A stretch of DNA of 64,000 bases from assembly GCF_006345805.1 (NCBI RefSeq), contig NC_043011.1:56060464-56124463 (forward strand), in the 5' to 3' direction. The translations under genes were made by a program, and so were the position numbers. The stretch comes from Octopus sinensis (taxonomy: Eukaryota). The notes below the pieces were generated by a model. It did no database searches, was not told the DNA's origin, and was given only the letters and a program-made list of their open reading frames with translations. Position 1 is the stretch's first letter; every line of letters starts with the position of its first letter. Positions 1-13,912 of this stretch are shown piece after piece.

Positions 1-733
1 GTTTCCCTGATTTCCTCAGCTGACTTCACAGCCATCCTGCATCTGGGAATTCCTTTATTTTCTCTAGAATACTGACATACTTGGCACTTCTAAGTTTGTT
101 TACAAAATCTTCTCACATTCTAAAGCTACTTCTTAGCATTATAAAAAGGTGGGACCTGTTGTCAGGGATCTCTTACCTTAATGGCACACGGTGCTCGACC
201 AGAATTTCAGAGATGCAGGTTTCATTTCCCTGTGTAGCCTTGCCGGCCCCTTTTTCCCTTCTTCCAAATGGTACCCAATTTTCCAAACTCTCTTCAAAAC
301 CTCCCTGCATTTGTGGATTCTTTTACTCTCTGGTACTTATTCTATTGATCTCTTTTGTTGAACTTCCAAGTTATGGGAACATAAACAAATCAACACTGAC
401 TGCCAGGTGGTGGTGGTGGTGTGGTGGTGGTGGGGATGAACACAAATGAAAAGACAAACACACACACAGATACATACTTACATACATACGTACGTACATA
501 CGTACATACATACATACATACATACATACATACATACATACATACATACATACATACATACATACATACATACATACATACATACAAACATACATACAAA
601 CATACAAACATACCTTGTCAATGTTGTTGAAATTGCAATGAAGGAGCCTTGGATCTAGGTTAGAAACCGTCTCTTTCTCTATTGGCAAGAAATCTTGAAA
701 TAAAACTGAATAATGATATATATGTGTGTGTAT

Positions 734-779
<46 letters not shown>

Positions 780-784
<5 letters not shown>

Positions 785-1000
785 CAGGAAGCTTTATGAA
801 AATAAACAAAAGACGAAGGCAGGTGGAGTACAAACAAACAATTGTATTAGTATGGCGCTCAGGAATATAAATAAAACAAGTCTTTACGTTTCGAGCCTAT
901 GCTCTTCAACAGAAAGATACACAGAAAAGAAACACAGAGAGAAACAAGGAGAGAAAAAAAATGTGTGCAGAAGCTAGCGATTCAACATGGCGATATATAT
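780..1000 (-). mobile_element. Penelope-like terminal-repeat fragment with degenerate hammerhead-like motif (880-916)
   Basis: minus strand CTGTTGA-A-GAGC-atag-GCTC-GAAACGT; shares downstream cctgagcg..ctaatac context with 51905-52110; abuts (TA)n. Confidence 0.45.
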
Positions 1001-1454
1001 ATATATATATGTCACCTTAGACCTCTCCATACTGGCATTCCCCTCAACCTCACCTCCACCCTTGTTCCTCACTCACTATATTCACCTCCATTCTCATCTC
1101 CTGCCATGACCCACTCTCCATATCCTCTCCTATGTTCCCTTTCTTGTACCTTGACTCTTTGTTCTGGCACTCCATCACAACCTTCCTCCTATCTCCTCCT
1201 CAACCATTCCCATCAACCTCTCCATATAATTCTCGCTCCTCAATAGCAAAACTCTTCTGCTTCTCCCTCGATTTTCAGCTTTTCAACCTCCAGCATCAAG
1301 CCACCTTTTCCCCCACTCAAATACTCCCCATTCACTTGTGGCTACTTTTTCCTTTTCCTCTCCCTCTTCTTTTACTGAATTGCAACTTACCTGGCCATCT
1401 CACCTGTGCCAGTGGCACACAGAGAAAAAAAAAAGAAAGAAAGAACCAAAGAAC

Positions 1455-1612
1455 TTGGTGCACACTGTAAAGTGGTTGGATTTAGGAAGAATCTTCAGCC
1501 ATAGAGACCATGCCAAAGCAGACACCGGAGCCTGACACAGCCCTGAGGCTTGCTGGGTCCCCATCCCCACCAGCCAGCATGGAAAGTGGACATTGAATGA
1601 TGATGAGGATAC

Positions 1613-1669
<57 letters not shown>

Positions 1670-1680
1670 GATGATGATGA
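1455..1680 (+). mobile_element. Short element of the RTE-tail family ending in (ATG)n
   Basis: similar to 9805-10130 and to the inverted LINE tail 17275-17470; long (ATG)n tail. Confidence 0.55.
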
Positions 1681-2237
1681 TATTCCTACCACTCTATGTC
1701 ACGCTGGTGAGACCCATATTGGAGTATGGGATTCAAGCCTCTTCTCCTTATCTCCTCAAAGACATACAGCATTTTGAAAGAGTCCAGAAGCTGGCTACCC
1801 GCATGGTTCATGGTCTCAAAAATTTGTCCTACGAAGAAAGGCTGAGGACGCTCGACCTTTATTCTCTTGAAAAACGCCGCCGCCGTGGTGATCTCATTCT
1901 CGCCCACAACATCATAAGCGGAAAGTGTAACCTCTCGAAAGAGCTGTTCTTCACTCCTGCTCCAGAGCGTCGGCTGCGGGGTCATTCCAAAAAGCTCTAC
2001 CTGCGACGATTTCATCTCAATCGAAGGAGAGGAGCTTTCTCCGTCCGGGTTGCGGATCCGTGGAACAAGCTGCCAGACGAGATGGTGAAGATGCCGACGA
2101 CCGCTTTGTTCAAAGCCTCCCTGGACCTCAAGTGGCCTGAACTCTTTACATGAACACCACCCTGTACTTAACTCCATGTCCCCCTACATGGCCTTGCTAT
2201 TTGCTTTTGAGCCAAATTAACTAACTAACTAACTAAC
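1681..2237 (+). mobile_element. 5'-truncated CR1-clade LINE 3' end
   Basis: LYVTLVRPILEYG..ERVQKLATRM..LSYEERL..L.SLEKRRRRGDLI..RGHSKKL..FSVRVADPWNKLP (CR1 ORF2 C-terminus), (TAAC)n tail, inserted in an (ATG)n tract. Confidence 0.9.
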
Positions 2238-2390
2238 ATGATGATGATGACGATGATGACGACGATGATATATTTACACACACACACACACACACACTTG
2301 TATGTATGTTACGTTCACTTGCACTTTATCATTTCTTTTCATAATATTCTATGTTTTTAATGCAACATCAATTATTCTAAAAATTTCCAG

Positions 2391-2473
2391 CCATTGAAAC
2401 AAGTAAAAAGAATTCCGAGAAAGAAAAGAAGGATCTGGAAGCATTAACAAAAAACAGAGATTTAATAAACAAG
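2391..2473 (+). CDS. CFAP58: CFAP58 internal coding exon (first visible; gene starts upstream of window)
   Basis: ttccAG|...aag|GTaaag, phase 1-0; encodes IETSKKNSEKEKKDLEALTKNRDLINK, aligning by recall with human EVEASKKQAELDRKAMDELLRERDILNK; in frame with next exon. Confidence 0.8.
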
Positions 2474-4144
2474 GTAAAGAAATCATAATTTTGATTCTAG
2501 AAAATATTTAAACAATGATTAAACAATAGGTTGCTGCCTTTTAGAAAGGTTACCAAAATTTTCTGCAATTAACAACACATTGTTTGAGATGTTTTCTAAG
2601 TGAATGAAGAATATAGTTTCATTGTTCTGAAAGTTGACAGGCATTTGTCCCACTTGTAACCTTAGGTGTAGTAATTAGACTCCACAAATACCATAGAATA
2701 TATTCCTGTTATTTAATAAATGGTTTTCTCTTTCTCAATATTTCTCATTCAAATTTGATTCTTGTTGATTGATGCCATTTTCCTAATTTACATTTATATT
2801 TTCTATGGCACAGCATTGATGGAATGATTTTTTTTTACAAATTCAAATATTTGCATTTTGTAAGAACACTTTTATTTTTAGCTCAATGTCCTTCTTAAAT
2901 TGAACAATTTGGTGCACGATACAGTTGTTACAATAGTAAGGTTTCAACTTTATAATCATTTTAGTTACTAACCCTTAGTCTTAACATTAAACCCCCACAG
3001 CCTGGTAACCATTGGACCTCATATTGTCATTGCATTTAGGTTAATTTATGAAATTGCTTTCTAAAATTTGTTGATATCATACATTTGTCTAAACTCAAAT
3101 ATGATATAAAATTATTCAAAATTAAATTCATTAGAGAAAAAGACAAAATGATAGGCCTACATCAAATCTGTAGAAACCATCAGATATCTACAAGCATATT
3201 ATTACATAGAAAGATATTCCCTCTCGTTGGAACAATGACTGTGTAGAATGGGAACCTATTTTCATGTTTGATGGATTTGTATCAGGCTTATATGGTAAAT
3301 TGAACCCAGGGCTTGTTGTTTCCAATCAAAACAACTGTCTGACTTCCAAGTGATGATGTCACTACAAGTTTGTCCAAACAGATATGTTGTGGTCTTATAG
3401 AAAGAGGCCATTCTAAGAACCACATAGAAATGCAGAAAGAGACAGACAGGAAAATTGATGCAACCATGCATTTAGTCAGATGATGTTTGAATTTAGCTGT
3501 TGTTTGATAACCAAACTTTGTCAGCATGATGAATCAGGAAGATAAACAACCAGAAATGCTCTCAACTTCAAAATTATTCTATAGCAGTCACATTTATTCA
3601 TTTGCTCTCTCACCCTCTCTAAATTTTTATCTCTGGTCTCCATTTATCTATGGAACCTGTTCAATCAAACCTCTGCATAAAAAGAAATTTCTGTCGTCAT
3701 TCTTTTGTGCTTCTTTGAATGGTCATGTCCAATATAATCTTTTCACCATAAACATATCATGAATCAAAAACCATTTCTCCCCTGGTCATCCAACTTTCTA
3801 TTCATTTCAGTGCTGATGTTAAAAAATAAAAGAAGTTAATCTGATGTCATTTAGTAATATTTAATTCCAAATAAGGCAGTTGAATGTCCGAATTTGTTGA
3901 CCATCTGACCAAATGATTTACTGCATTTAATTTTGTTTTTATTTATTTTTTGTTTCCACTCCTCAAGATGTCAGTCAGACAGGACCCAGTAAAATATTTC
4001 AACTCGTATAGGTAACAGGTCAAGTATCTTACGAGATTTAGTTAATGTATAAAAAAAAAAAAGCTAGTTTCAAAAATGCGTTTCTAAATGTTTCCCACAA
4101 TAAAATATTTCTCTGTGAAACAACGTATTTACTTTGTTATTTAG

Positions 4145-4336
4145 GATCTACGGAAAGCAATCAGTTTGAAAGAAGAGCACGTCAATCAGGTGAAAGCCTT
4201 GGAACAGAACAAGAAAAACCTTGAGCAAGAGATAAGCAACCATAAAGACGAGGCTCAGAAGCAAAGGAAGTTGATTTATCAGCTGGAGAAAGAAAGAGAC
4301 AGATATATCAATGAAGCGAGTGACCTCACGCATAAG
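4145..4336 (+). CDS. CFAP58: CFAP58 coding exon
   Basis: ttAG|gat...aag|GTaaat, 192 bp; DLRKAISLKEEHVNQVKALEQNKKNLEQEISNHKDEAQKQRKLIYQLEKERDRYINEASDLTHK (KDEAQKQRK..LEKERDRYIN is a CFAP58 hallmark). Confidence 0.93.
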
Positions 4337-4417
4337 GTAAATTAATGTGTTGATCAGTTCGTTACAAGTTGAATGTTGTCTGGCTTAATGGTTTGTAAAA
4401 AATTGTTTTTTTCTTTG

Positions 4418-4687
4418 AAAGAAGCCCGTCGTATATATATGTATATATATGTGTGTGTATATGTTTGTGTGTCTGTGTTTGCCCCCACTCCCAACATCGC
4501 TTGACAACCGATGCTGGTGTGTTTACGTCCCCATAACTTAGCCGTTCGGCGAAAGAGACCGATAGAATAAGTACTAGGCTTACAAAGAATAAGTCCTGGG
4601 GTCGATTTGCTCGACTAAAGGCAGTGCTCCAGCATGGCCACAGTCAAATGACTGAAACAAGTAAAAGAGTAAAAGAGTAAAGAGTAA
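4418..4687 (+). mobile_element. SINE family 3, 3' half
   Basis: matches the reverse complement of 39923-40180; (AAAGAGT)n tail. Confidence 0.8.
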
Positions 4688-5919
4688 ATCCCTATAATTG
4701 ATAGAATATTGTTTCCCGAGCAGAAGTCTGCAATGCATCCCAGTCACTACGCAAAAATCAAAATAATATTTCTTCACGTAAAAGATGATAGTCAAGAATT
4801 TGGTGTTTCTTGGTGAAGAGATTTGAGTTTTGGAAGATTTTTAATTCCTCATTCTATAATTCTACAAGACTGTTCTTTTTTAAGATAAAACCAAAAAAAA
4901 AAAAAAACTGCAAAAAATGGGAAAAAACAAAGAAATATAATTAAATAAAACAAACTGTTTTATTTAATTACTTTTGTTATTTGTTGATGTGTTAGAATTT
5001 GTTCCAAACATAAGCTGAAAAAAAAGCAAAAATCCATGTAAAACTCGTTGCTCTTCTTCTTCTTGTCTCTCTTTTAACAATCTGTTATGTTTGTTCTGCA
5101 TTTGCCTCATACAACAAACTTCTTGTCACGATAATATCCTAACGCATAACCCTAGCCATTGTTTTCCACTTCTGTTCTAAGCAAGCAAAACTTTCCATCA
5201 GTTCTCTCTTTTTTTTATCTTCCCTAATATTCATTCCATTACTTCTTTCTCCCAATCCACCCCCGACCATCCATCCTTTCACTTTCTTTGCTTCCTTTCT
5301 CTACCCCCGCCCCTGCTCCACACAGTTCTTTCGTTAGGTCTGTGATGAGTCTTATGACTCATAAAGCTGGAATCTAATCTGTGTATATATATATGTGTGT
5401 GTATGTGTATGTGTGTGAGTGTGTGTGCGTGTGTGTGTGTGTGTGCGCACGTACACACATAGTTCTTGCTTGTTATGGCGTATGTAAACTCCATGAAAAC
5501 ACACCTGTTTGTTGTACCTTTTTGTCAAGAAGTGTGTAGAACATAATACCTGTTTCATATATGCAAAAAGTAAATATAATTATGTATCAGGCCCTAAGTG
5601 GTTCATGTAATCTCGTAAATGTCTTCCCCAGGGGGTTGACAGGAATCATGGAAAACATGTGAATGGTTTACACATTTCAGAAAGATATCTGCTTTCTTTG
5701 CCAATGGTAAAACAAAATACAAGAATTACAGGCATTATCTTATGCATTCGTTGATTCAGATGGAATTTCAATCTGAAATAATCAGCTGGATTTCCTATAC
5801 ACCCTCGTCTTATACATTGAAGTTGTTAAGCCTTTTTCCTTCCACAATCCACTGATAGGGACGATCAACCATTTGCTTAATAAGGGGAACCCTGGAGTCA
5901 GGATTTACTGCACACATAT

Positions 5920-6360
<441 letters not shown>

Positions 6361-6493
6361 ATCATATTCATTATCATTGTTGTAATGTTTACTTTTTAAA
6401 GCGTGAGTCAGACAAGAGGATGTTGGAGCAAAGGTTTCTACACCCAGGTGCTCTTCCTGTTGCCAACACGCATGTTTCCAACTGAGTTGAAAA

Positions 6494-6526
<33 letters not shown>

Positions 6527-6529
6527 CAT

Positions 6530-6594
<65 letters not shown>

Positions 6595-6769
6595 AATATA
6601 TACACATATATATATATAAACATACTTGTCGCTGGGGCAAAGTTTCAGCCTGACTTCAGGTGACATGGTCATGGAACAGTGAGATTGACAGGAGCATAAA
6701 AGTGAAAAGATGGAAAGATTGGTAAAATAGAGACAGCAAAGATGTATATGAGGTAGCTAGGAGGGGAGC

Positions 6770-7625
6770 TGGGTGACAGGTCTACCTAGCAAGGGCAGAA
6801 GCAGAAAGGAAGAGGTTTTCCAATGTCTTACACTGTGAATGTCAAAGACTTGAGATGTTGTGGGAGACAAGTGGGTACAGATGGATAAAGGTCTGCCTGA
6901 AAAGAAACAGGTGCGGAAGGGTTACTATGAAAGGTTATGAAATGTGATGGATGAGAGGAAGAGAGTCTTCCCTATGTGAACTGAATGAGAAGAACTTGCC
7001 TAAAAATAAGCCATTGTACTTGGCATTCATTGACTTAGAGAAAGCCTTTGATAGAGTAACTCATTCTATAATATGGTGGTCTCTGAGGAAGATAGGGTCA
7101 GACGAATGGCTTGGGAAAGCTGTACAGACCATGCACAGGGGTGCTGTTAGTAAGGTAAGGGTTAGCCATGTATACAGTGTTGAATGTGGTGTTGCTGTTG
7201 CTGTTGAGCGAACAGTTTTCGTCCCAGTGCTCGCAAGGTGGGAGAAGTCCGAAACGTGGTCCTTTGCTATTCGTAAGACCCGCAGAAGAGAAAGCAGGTC
7301 AACCCCCGAAACCGAGAGCATCGACAGATGGATGAATGTGCATCCAGGCTCAGCGGTTGCATAGGAAGTCGGGGGCAAGAAACAAGAAGAAAGATTGAGA
7401 GAAAGTTGGGGCGAAAGAGTACAACAGGGGTTGCCACCACCCCCTGCCAGAGCCTCGTGGAGCTTTAGGTGTTTTCGCTCAATAAACACACACAACGCCC
7501 GGTCTGGGAATCAAAACTGCGATCCTCTGAGCGTGAGTCCACTGCCCTAACCACTGGGCCATGGCACCTCCTGAATGTGGTGTATCGGTAGGAGTTCATC
7601 AGGGCTTGGTTCCCAGTTCATCATC
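6770..7625 (+). pseudogene. Decayed RTE-type reverse transcriptase fragment interrupted by a SINE
   Basis: KPLYLAFIDLEKAFDRV..IWWSLRKIG..VSKVRV..ECGV|SVGVHQG resumes after the SINE; homologous to 18820-19200. Confidence 0.85.
7193..7571 (-). mobile_element. tRNA-derived SINE family 1 with 12-bp TSD
   Basis: A/B-box-like head at right end, (CAG/CAA)n tail; TSD TGAATGTGGTGT at 7181-7192 and 7572-7583. Confidence 0.9.
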
Positions 7626-8449
7626 ATCCAGAGTTCTGTTTAAACTTGATGATTGAATCATCTTCACAACAATCATGGAATCTACTCTACACATGTAGCT
7701 AATGTGCCACACATTCAATGAAAACAGTGCTCTACCAGTTCAAAAACTAAGAGTTAAATACCTGTATAGCCCAATGCTTCTTTTCAATTTAATGCTGAAA
7801 GATATTGTATCACCATCTCTTTCTTTTTATTAAATAAACTTATTGTTTCTTCATGCAAAACCTTCTTTATTATACAAACTCCAAACACACTAAAATATTA
7901 CTGACTCTAACGCATGGGATTTCAAATCTTTCAGTTTCTTAAGGAGCCTCCACATTGTTTTGTGGTCGAAATAATATGTATTTTCTATAAACATGTTATA
8001 CAAACAGTTGATGTTGTCGACTGATTGTGAAGCTGAGAACATATTAACAGAGAAATCCATGACCTAGATTTACTGATACGGAATGGAGATGTGACATTTA
8101 GAACTTCAAATGAACACCAGTTTGAGGAAATCCATTAGAGAATAGGAGAGAATTGAAATATTAAATATATCAACGGTGAATATGGTCATCTATTAAATGT
8201 AACACACACACACACACACACACACTTACGTGCATTCACATACACACACACATGTGCATATATATGTGTGTATATATATATATATATCATCATCATGTGT
8301 GTGTATGTATGTATGTATATATGTATGTATGTATGTGTGTATGTATGTATGTATGTATGTGTGTATGTATGTATGTGTGTATGTATGTGTGTATGTATGT
8401 ATGTGTGTATATGTATGTATGTATGTATGTGTGTGTGTATGTATGTATG

Positions 8450-8482
<33 letters not shown>

Positions 8483-8745
8483 GTGTGTGTGTGTGTATGT
8501 ATGTATGTGACATATTCAAAGCTGCTATTTCTGCAGGTAATAAACAATTATTCTCCCCGACACAAAGCCATCCCCCTGTATAGCACATGTTTAAGGAGTG
8601 TGTTGTTGCATGGTGGTGGTGGTGGTGGTGATGATGATGATGATGATGATGATGGCAACAATAATGATGTCAGCAGTGGCAAAGGTGGTGGCATTGGTAT
8701 CAACTTGGTGTGTATAATTCTTACCAAATACCTTTTTTGTTTCAG

Positions 8746-8907
8746 GTTCTTCAATTAATGGAAGAAGTGAAAATGAGGGAAATGCAAATATTCGATTTCA
8801 AGAAGAAAATAGCCGAAGCCGAAACAAAGCTGAAACAACAACAAAACCTTTACGAAGCTGTGAGAAGTGACCGGAATCTTTATAGTAAACATTTGATTGA
8901 ATGTCAG
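8746..8907 (+). CDS. CFAP58: CFAP58 coding exon
   Basis: ttcAG|gtt...cag|GTgagt, 162 bp; VLQLMEEVKMREMQIFDFKKKIAEAETKLKQQQNLYEAVRSDRNLYSKHLIECQ. Confidence 0.96.
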
Positions 8908-9174
8908 GTGAGTTGGAATATTTGGTCCATTGGTGCCTCTTGAAGTGTTGAGGAATGGCCATTAGGAAATAACGTGTTTTAGTCGTTAGTATTCTCTGAT
9001 TCAGAATCTTTTGTTTGATAATTCCTTAACGACTTTAGCCTTTTTTGTAATCAAGTTCTTTAAAATACCTAAAAAATATGAAATTGTTTTCGCTTGATAG
9101 TTTTCATTTTGGGTGTATGTGTGTATAAGAGAGAGAGAGAGAGAGGGGGGAGAGAGATAAAGAGAAAGAGAGAA

Positions 9175-9209
<35 letters not shown>

Positions 9210-9804
9210 ACTTTGTTCAGTAAAGTCAAGGCAGTAATTTGATGCCTGAGTATTAAAACTACTCCGAATAATTGGCAGGTTTTCGGTAGATTCCATATCT
9301 TGATGCTAGTGTGTGATGATTATTCATTTCTCTTGAGCTGGTAATTACTGTATTTCTGTGATATCATCATGATAATGTAGAATGAAAGAACTTGCATTAA
9401 TATGAGAGCAAGAGTCAGGAATTCTGGTAATTTTCCTGTAAATTGAGTTAGTGAGTTACGTGAGTTACGTCAGCTGACGAGCTGACCTGTAATTATTAAT
9501 TATACTATTGGTCCCGGTTGACAAAGTATATTCAGAAGATGATTTGAAAGTGTGAATGTGAAGATGGTTTAAATTACAGAATGTAAGATTAAGAATTAGT
9601 TTATGGTGCTTCCTTCTTGTATAATATACACTTGTAGTCAATAGCATCTTTGTTAATCATGGAATCAATGTCTTCCAACTGAGGTCTAATGAGTTTTTTT
9701 ATGCTTACAGCTTTGAATAAGCACAAGGAGCTATTTCTGAATTCATTAACTTTGAGTTCTGTATTGTTAAGCAGATCAAATGGAAATAGTAGTTGTGATA
9801 CCTG

Positions 9805-10130
9805 TGCAGGTGGCACGTAAAAAGCACCATTCGAACGTGGCCGATGCCAGTGCCGCCTTGACTGGCTTCCGTACTGGTGGCATGTAAAAAGCACCAACCG
9901 ATCGTGGCCGCTGCCAGCGTCCCCTGGCACCTGTGCCGGTGGCACGTAAAAAGGACCCACTACACTCTCAGAGTGGTTGGTGTTAAGAAGGGCATCCAGC
10001 TGTAGAAAAACTGCCAGATCAGACTGGAGCCTGGTGCAGCCCCCTGGCTTCCTAGACCCTGGTCGAACCGTCCAACCCATGCTAGCAGGGAAAATGGACG
10101 TTAAACGATGATGATGATGATGATGATGAT
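9805..10130 (+). mobile_element. Short element of the RTE-tail family with ~60-bp internal modules and (ATG)n tail
   Basis: three ggtggca(c/t)gtaaaaag modules, then sequence shared with the LINE tail at 17300-17470. Confidence 0.75.
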
Positions 10131-10574
10131 GAGAGATAAAATTTCTTCTGTACAGAACACTGGGCTCTCACCTTCAGCTTTTAGAAGAATCCTAGAATCT
10201 ATCATTCCACTCCCATAACTGCATCAACTGGCTGTCCAACAGCATGTTGCTAGACTCCATTAGTGAAATAATCTCTTTTTGTAGCAAATATAATTTGATG
10301 AAGTCATTGAAGTCTTTTAGTGTGTGACTATCTCAGTAGTCGCCACTTATGGAGATGTAGATGCTGAAGTCATCAGCTATTCAATTTAATATACCAGTAA
10401 TATCAATGGACGAATATCTTGCCATTTAAATATATTTTTTTACTTGCAAGTAAAGTCTGCAAATAATCCATTCGAATCGTTTTGTGATTTGTAATGTATG
10501 AGTGGAATACAATGGTTTCTGCCCCCCATTTGTGAGGTTTGTCTTTTAGTGATAGCTAAGAAGGTAAGTTAATT

Positions 10575-10924
10575 ACGGAGATGTACTTGCATAGCAAGTG
10601 ACTTGATCTGAGATCATGTGCTGGAACGAAAACAATTGCAGCGTGGAAGGTGTTTATAAGCCATTTAAGAAACACGCAAAAACCGTTAGATTTACTTCAA
10701 CATTTAAATTTAATTTGTCAAAATATTTTCGTTGCTTTGAGACCGCGACCTGTTCACTGACAAAACTGTTCACTGACAAAAGATGCAGCACAAAGTTTTG
10801 TCAGTGAACAGGTCGCAGTCTCAAAGCGACGAAAATATTTTGACAAATTAAATTTAAATGTTGAAGTGAATCTAATGGTTTTTGTGTTTCTTAAATGGCT
10901 TGGAAACACCTTCCATGCTGCAAT
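10575..10924. mobile_element. Fold-back element with 12-bp flanking direct repeat
   Basis: inverted arms ~10634-10778 / 10797-10924; GGTAAGTTAATT at 10563-10574 and 10925-10936. Confidence 0.75.
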
Positions 10925-11433
10925 GGTAAGTTAATTGTTTTTGAGAATAGGGAACCTCTTTGTGCTTGCCAAACCTCACAGGAAGAACTGTTAAATCACA
11001 CAATTCCATTCTAACCCTTTTGTCACCATATTTCTATTGAAATACTTTGCCTTTGTTTGAATATATTTTGAAAAAATGAAATATTTTGTGAAAAGTCTGC
11101 TATTGTTAAACCGGTGCTTGGGACATAATTCCACCCAGAATGGAATTTATTCAGGAGGAAGATTTAAGCTGGCACCTGGTTTAACACTATTATTACTTGG
11201 TGCTTTTGGTTCTTTTGGTAGAAACCATTCCAGCATTTGGGGCCAGGTTTCCAGTTTGCGGATACCTCCCTTTCTCCCTCCTTCCCACCAATCTTGGAGG
11301 CCCTGTAAAGGGTCATGGCCGCTGCCTTCTCTCTTGACTAAAAGGTCCAAGGAAATAAAACAGTTTCCTGGAGGCATGCATATTTGTTAATAGGACACAC
11401 ACACACTCCACATGTGTGTGTGTGTGTGTGTGC

Positions 11434-11464
<31 letters not shown>

Positions 11465-11813
11465 TGTGTGCGTGTGCGTGTGTGTGTGTATTTGCAAAGA
11501 AAATGATGTTGCATCAAAGATGTAATTCAGCCACTCAATTAATTATAGATAAAATATAAACTAATTACTTGACTAAAACCAGAGCTGTTGGTTGAAACTT
11601 GCAAAGTCAATGTCTCTGAATGGCACTGGTTAATGGCCACAAAATAAAAGAAGAACAATTTTTACATAAATATTTAAAGTTTTGTTAACTTTTGGATGCA
11701 ATTTTAAATTCTTAACAAAATTCCATGCTGAAATAATTTTAGACAAGAAAGAAATAAAAATGAAAAATAAAAACAAAACCGTTTCCATTTTCTTTTTTTT
11801 TTTCTTGTTTTAG

Positions 11814-12101
11814 GATGAAATTACAGAAAAGAAACGCAAACTGAAGATTATGAATCATCAAATTGATCAACTTAAAGAGGAAATTCAATCAAAGGAAACA
11901 GCACTTGTTCAAGAGCAGACAGCTCGAGCCAGAGTGGAGAAAGAAAAAAGCGCTTTGAAAATTGAGCTCCAAAATATGAAGATCAAAGCAAATGAAACTG
12001 AGGCATACATCAACACTCAGGAGTCTGAAAAAATAAAACTAAAGAAGATTATCAGAGATGCAGATGTTGAACGATGCCGTCAGAAGAAGGAGTTAGATCA
12101 G
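11814..12101 (+). CDS. CFAP58: CFAP58 coding exon
   Basis: tttAG|gat...cag|GTaata, 288 bp; DEITEKKRKLKIMNHQIDQLKEEI...ADVERCRQKKELDQ. Confidence 0.95.
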
Positions 12102-12532
12102 GTAATATGAAATAGATTTTTGATGTTTTTGAGAGGAAAAAAGTTGTATTATTGGTTGCAGACTTCTTTTTGACAAGATTTTGCAAAATCAAAGGAATTT
12201 GGTATTGCTAACACTTGCAGCTTCATTATTTGGTTTTTATTTTAAAAACCAAGAATGAAATATGTTAAATTAAAGTTATATGGAAGCTAACAATACAGAA
12301 CTGTTAGAAAATAATTATAACTTAAAGCAGTGATGTTGTAGACTTATGACCTTCTGCTACTCAGGGGACAATGATGAGGGGGCAAAAACCTGAGTCACAT
12401 CATCGTCTTGTTGTATATGTTTTGGAATTCCTTGAAAAAGAAGGTTCAGTTGAGTTGTTAATTGCATTAAGGGAATCTGGCTGTAAAAATAACCCTGGAT
12501 GGAAAGACAAAAGGTAAAGCAAAAATCAAGTA

Positions 12533-13745
12533 CAGGGTGGTGGGGCAGAGAGGATGGACGTTTTTGAAAAATTCACAAAAATCATTAATTTTAGCTGCAA
12601 ACAAATTTTATTGACATCAATATGTTTGTATTGAATTAGCATTTGTCAAAATCAAGTGTGGAAAACAACATCCATCATGTAGTGTCTATTTTCATTGATG
12701 GATTTCTGAAGGTGTTCTCCGAAGTTGGCCTCCACTCTCCCCAGCATTGCTCTGTTGATTTGGGCAACTTCCACATACATAGCTTCCTTCAAATCATCCA
12801 ATGTATGAGGCTTATGTGCATACACATGTACCTGGAGGTTTCCCCACAAGAAATAATCACACATGGACAAATCAGGGTGGCAAAGGGGCCAAGGAATGTC
12901 AGCAAACCTGGAAATTAGGTGGTCACCGAAGAGAGGGTGAAGAACGTCCTTTGATGCTCTGGCTGTGTGGGAGCCGTTGCCCCACCCTGCTGGAACCACA
13001 CATGTCGAATAGGCATGCGTTTTCATTGTAATTCAGGCGCAAAGAAGTTGTTTATCATCTCAATGTAACGCTCAGAGTTCACAGTAACAGCATTTCCGTT
13101 ATTGTCTTCAAAAGAGTAAGGACCAATGATGGCAGCTTTTCCAACAGCACACCAGACCATCACTTTGGGGCTGTGCAGTGGGTCTTTCATGCAGTTCTCT
13201 CAGATTTTCTAGAGCCCAATAATAACATTTCTGCTGATTCACCATGCCATTGAGATGAAAACCTGCTTCATTGGTCATTAGCAAAATGAGGTTGTCATTT
13301 GCCTCAAAAATTGCTTCCCTCTGACGTGTGAAGTTAAACCGCTGTGCATAGTCCCATGGTTTCAACTGTTGACCATTGACCAATTTGTATGGATGGAAAT
13401 TCAGGTCTTCATGCAAAATACGCCTTACTGACCACTTACCAATGCCAAGTTCAGTGGAATGCCTCCAAGCAGAGTGCCTCGGACTCCATATTAAAGCTTG
13501 TCTGATGCATTGCACGTTTTCCAGAGTCCATACCATTCGTGGCGCCCCCTCCTGTCTCCTGTTCATTAGTGTACCTCGTGTATGAAGTGCATTCAACCAA
13601 CATAAGATTGTGTAGTGGGTGGGAACAGCCTGACTTTGGTGAATGTTGAAGTGGCACCGTAACTCATGTTGAACTGCTGTGACAGACTCATTATTCTTCA
13701 TGTAACTGTCGTAGGCAAACACATGATGCTTCATGGCATTTGGTT
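12533..13745 (-). mobile_element. Decayed Tc1/mariner transposon, DD41D (rosa/Visitor)-like
   Basis: TA|CAGGGTG terminus at 12531; HTH N-terminus, WFQQ(G)GATA..HTA..WP..PDLSMCDYFLWG; ~41-residue spacing after correcting a 2-nt insertion; other TIR not visible. Confidence 0.8.
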
Positions 13746-13912
13746 CATCTTTATGTTCTCAGTTCAAATTGGTTGACTTTGCCTTTCATCTTTACTGGGG
13801 TCAATAAAATAAGTACAAAAAAAAAGCACTGGGGTTGATGTAATCGATTATCCCCCTCCCTCCACAAGTTTCAGGTTTTGTGCTTAAAACAGGAAGGATT
13901 ATTTACATGTAA

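Noticed and set aside
1-400. Minus-strand Cys cluster (FCKQT*KCQVCQY) resembling a Penelope pre-GIY-YIG linker
   Set aside because: Multiple stops and too degenerate to support
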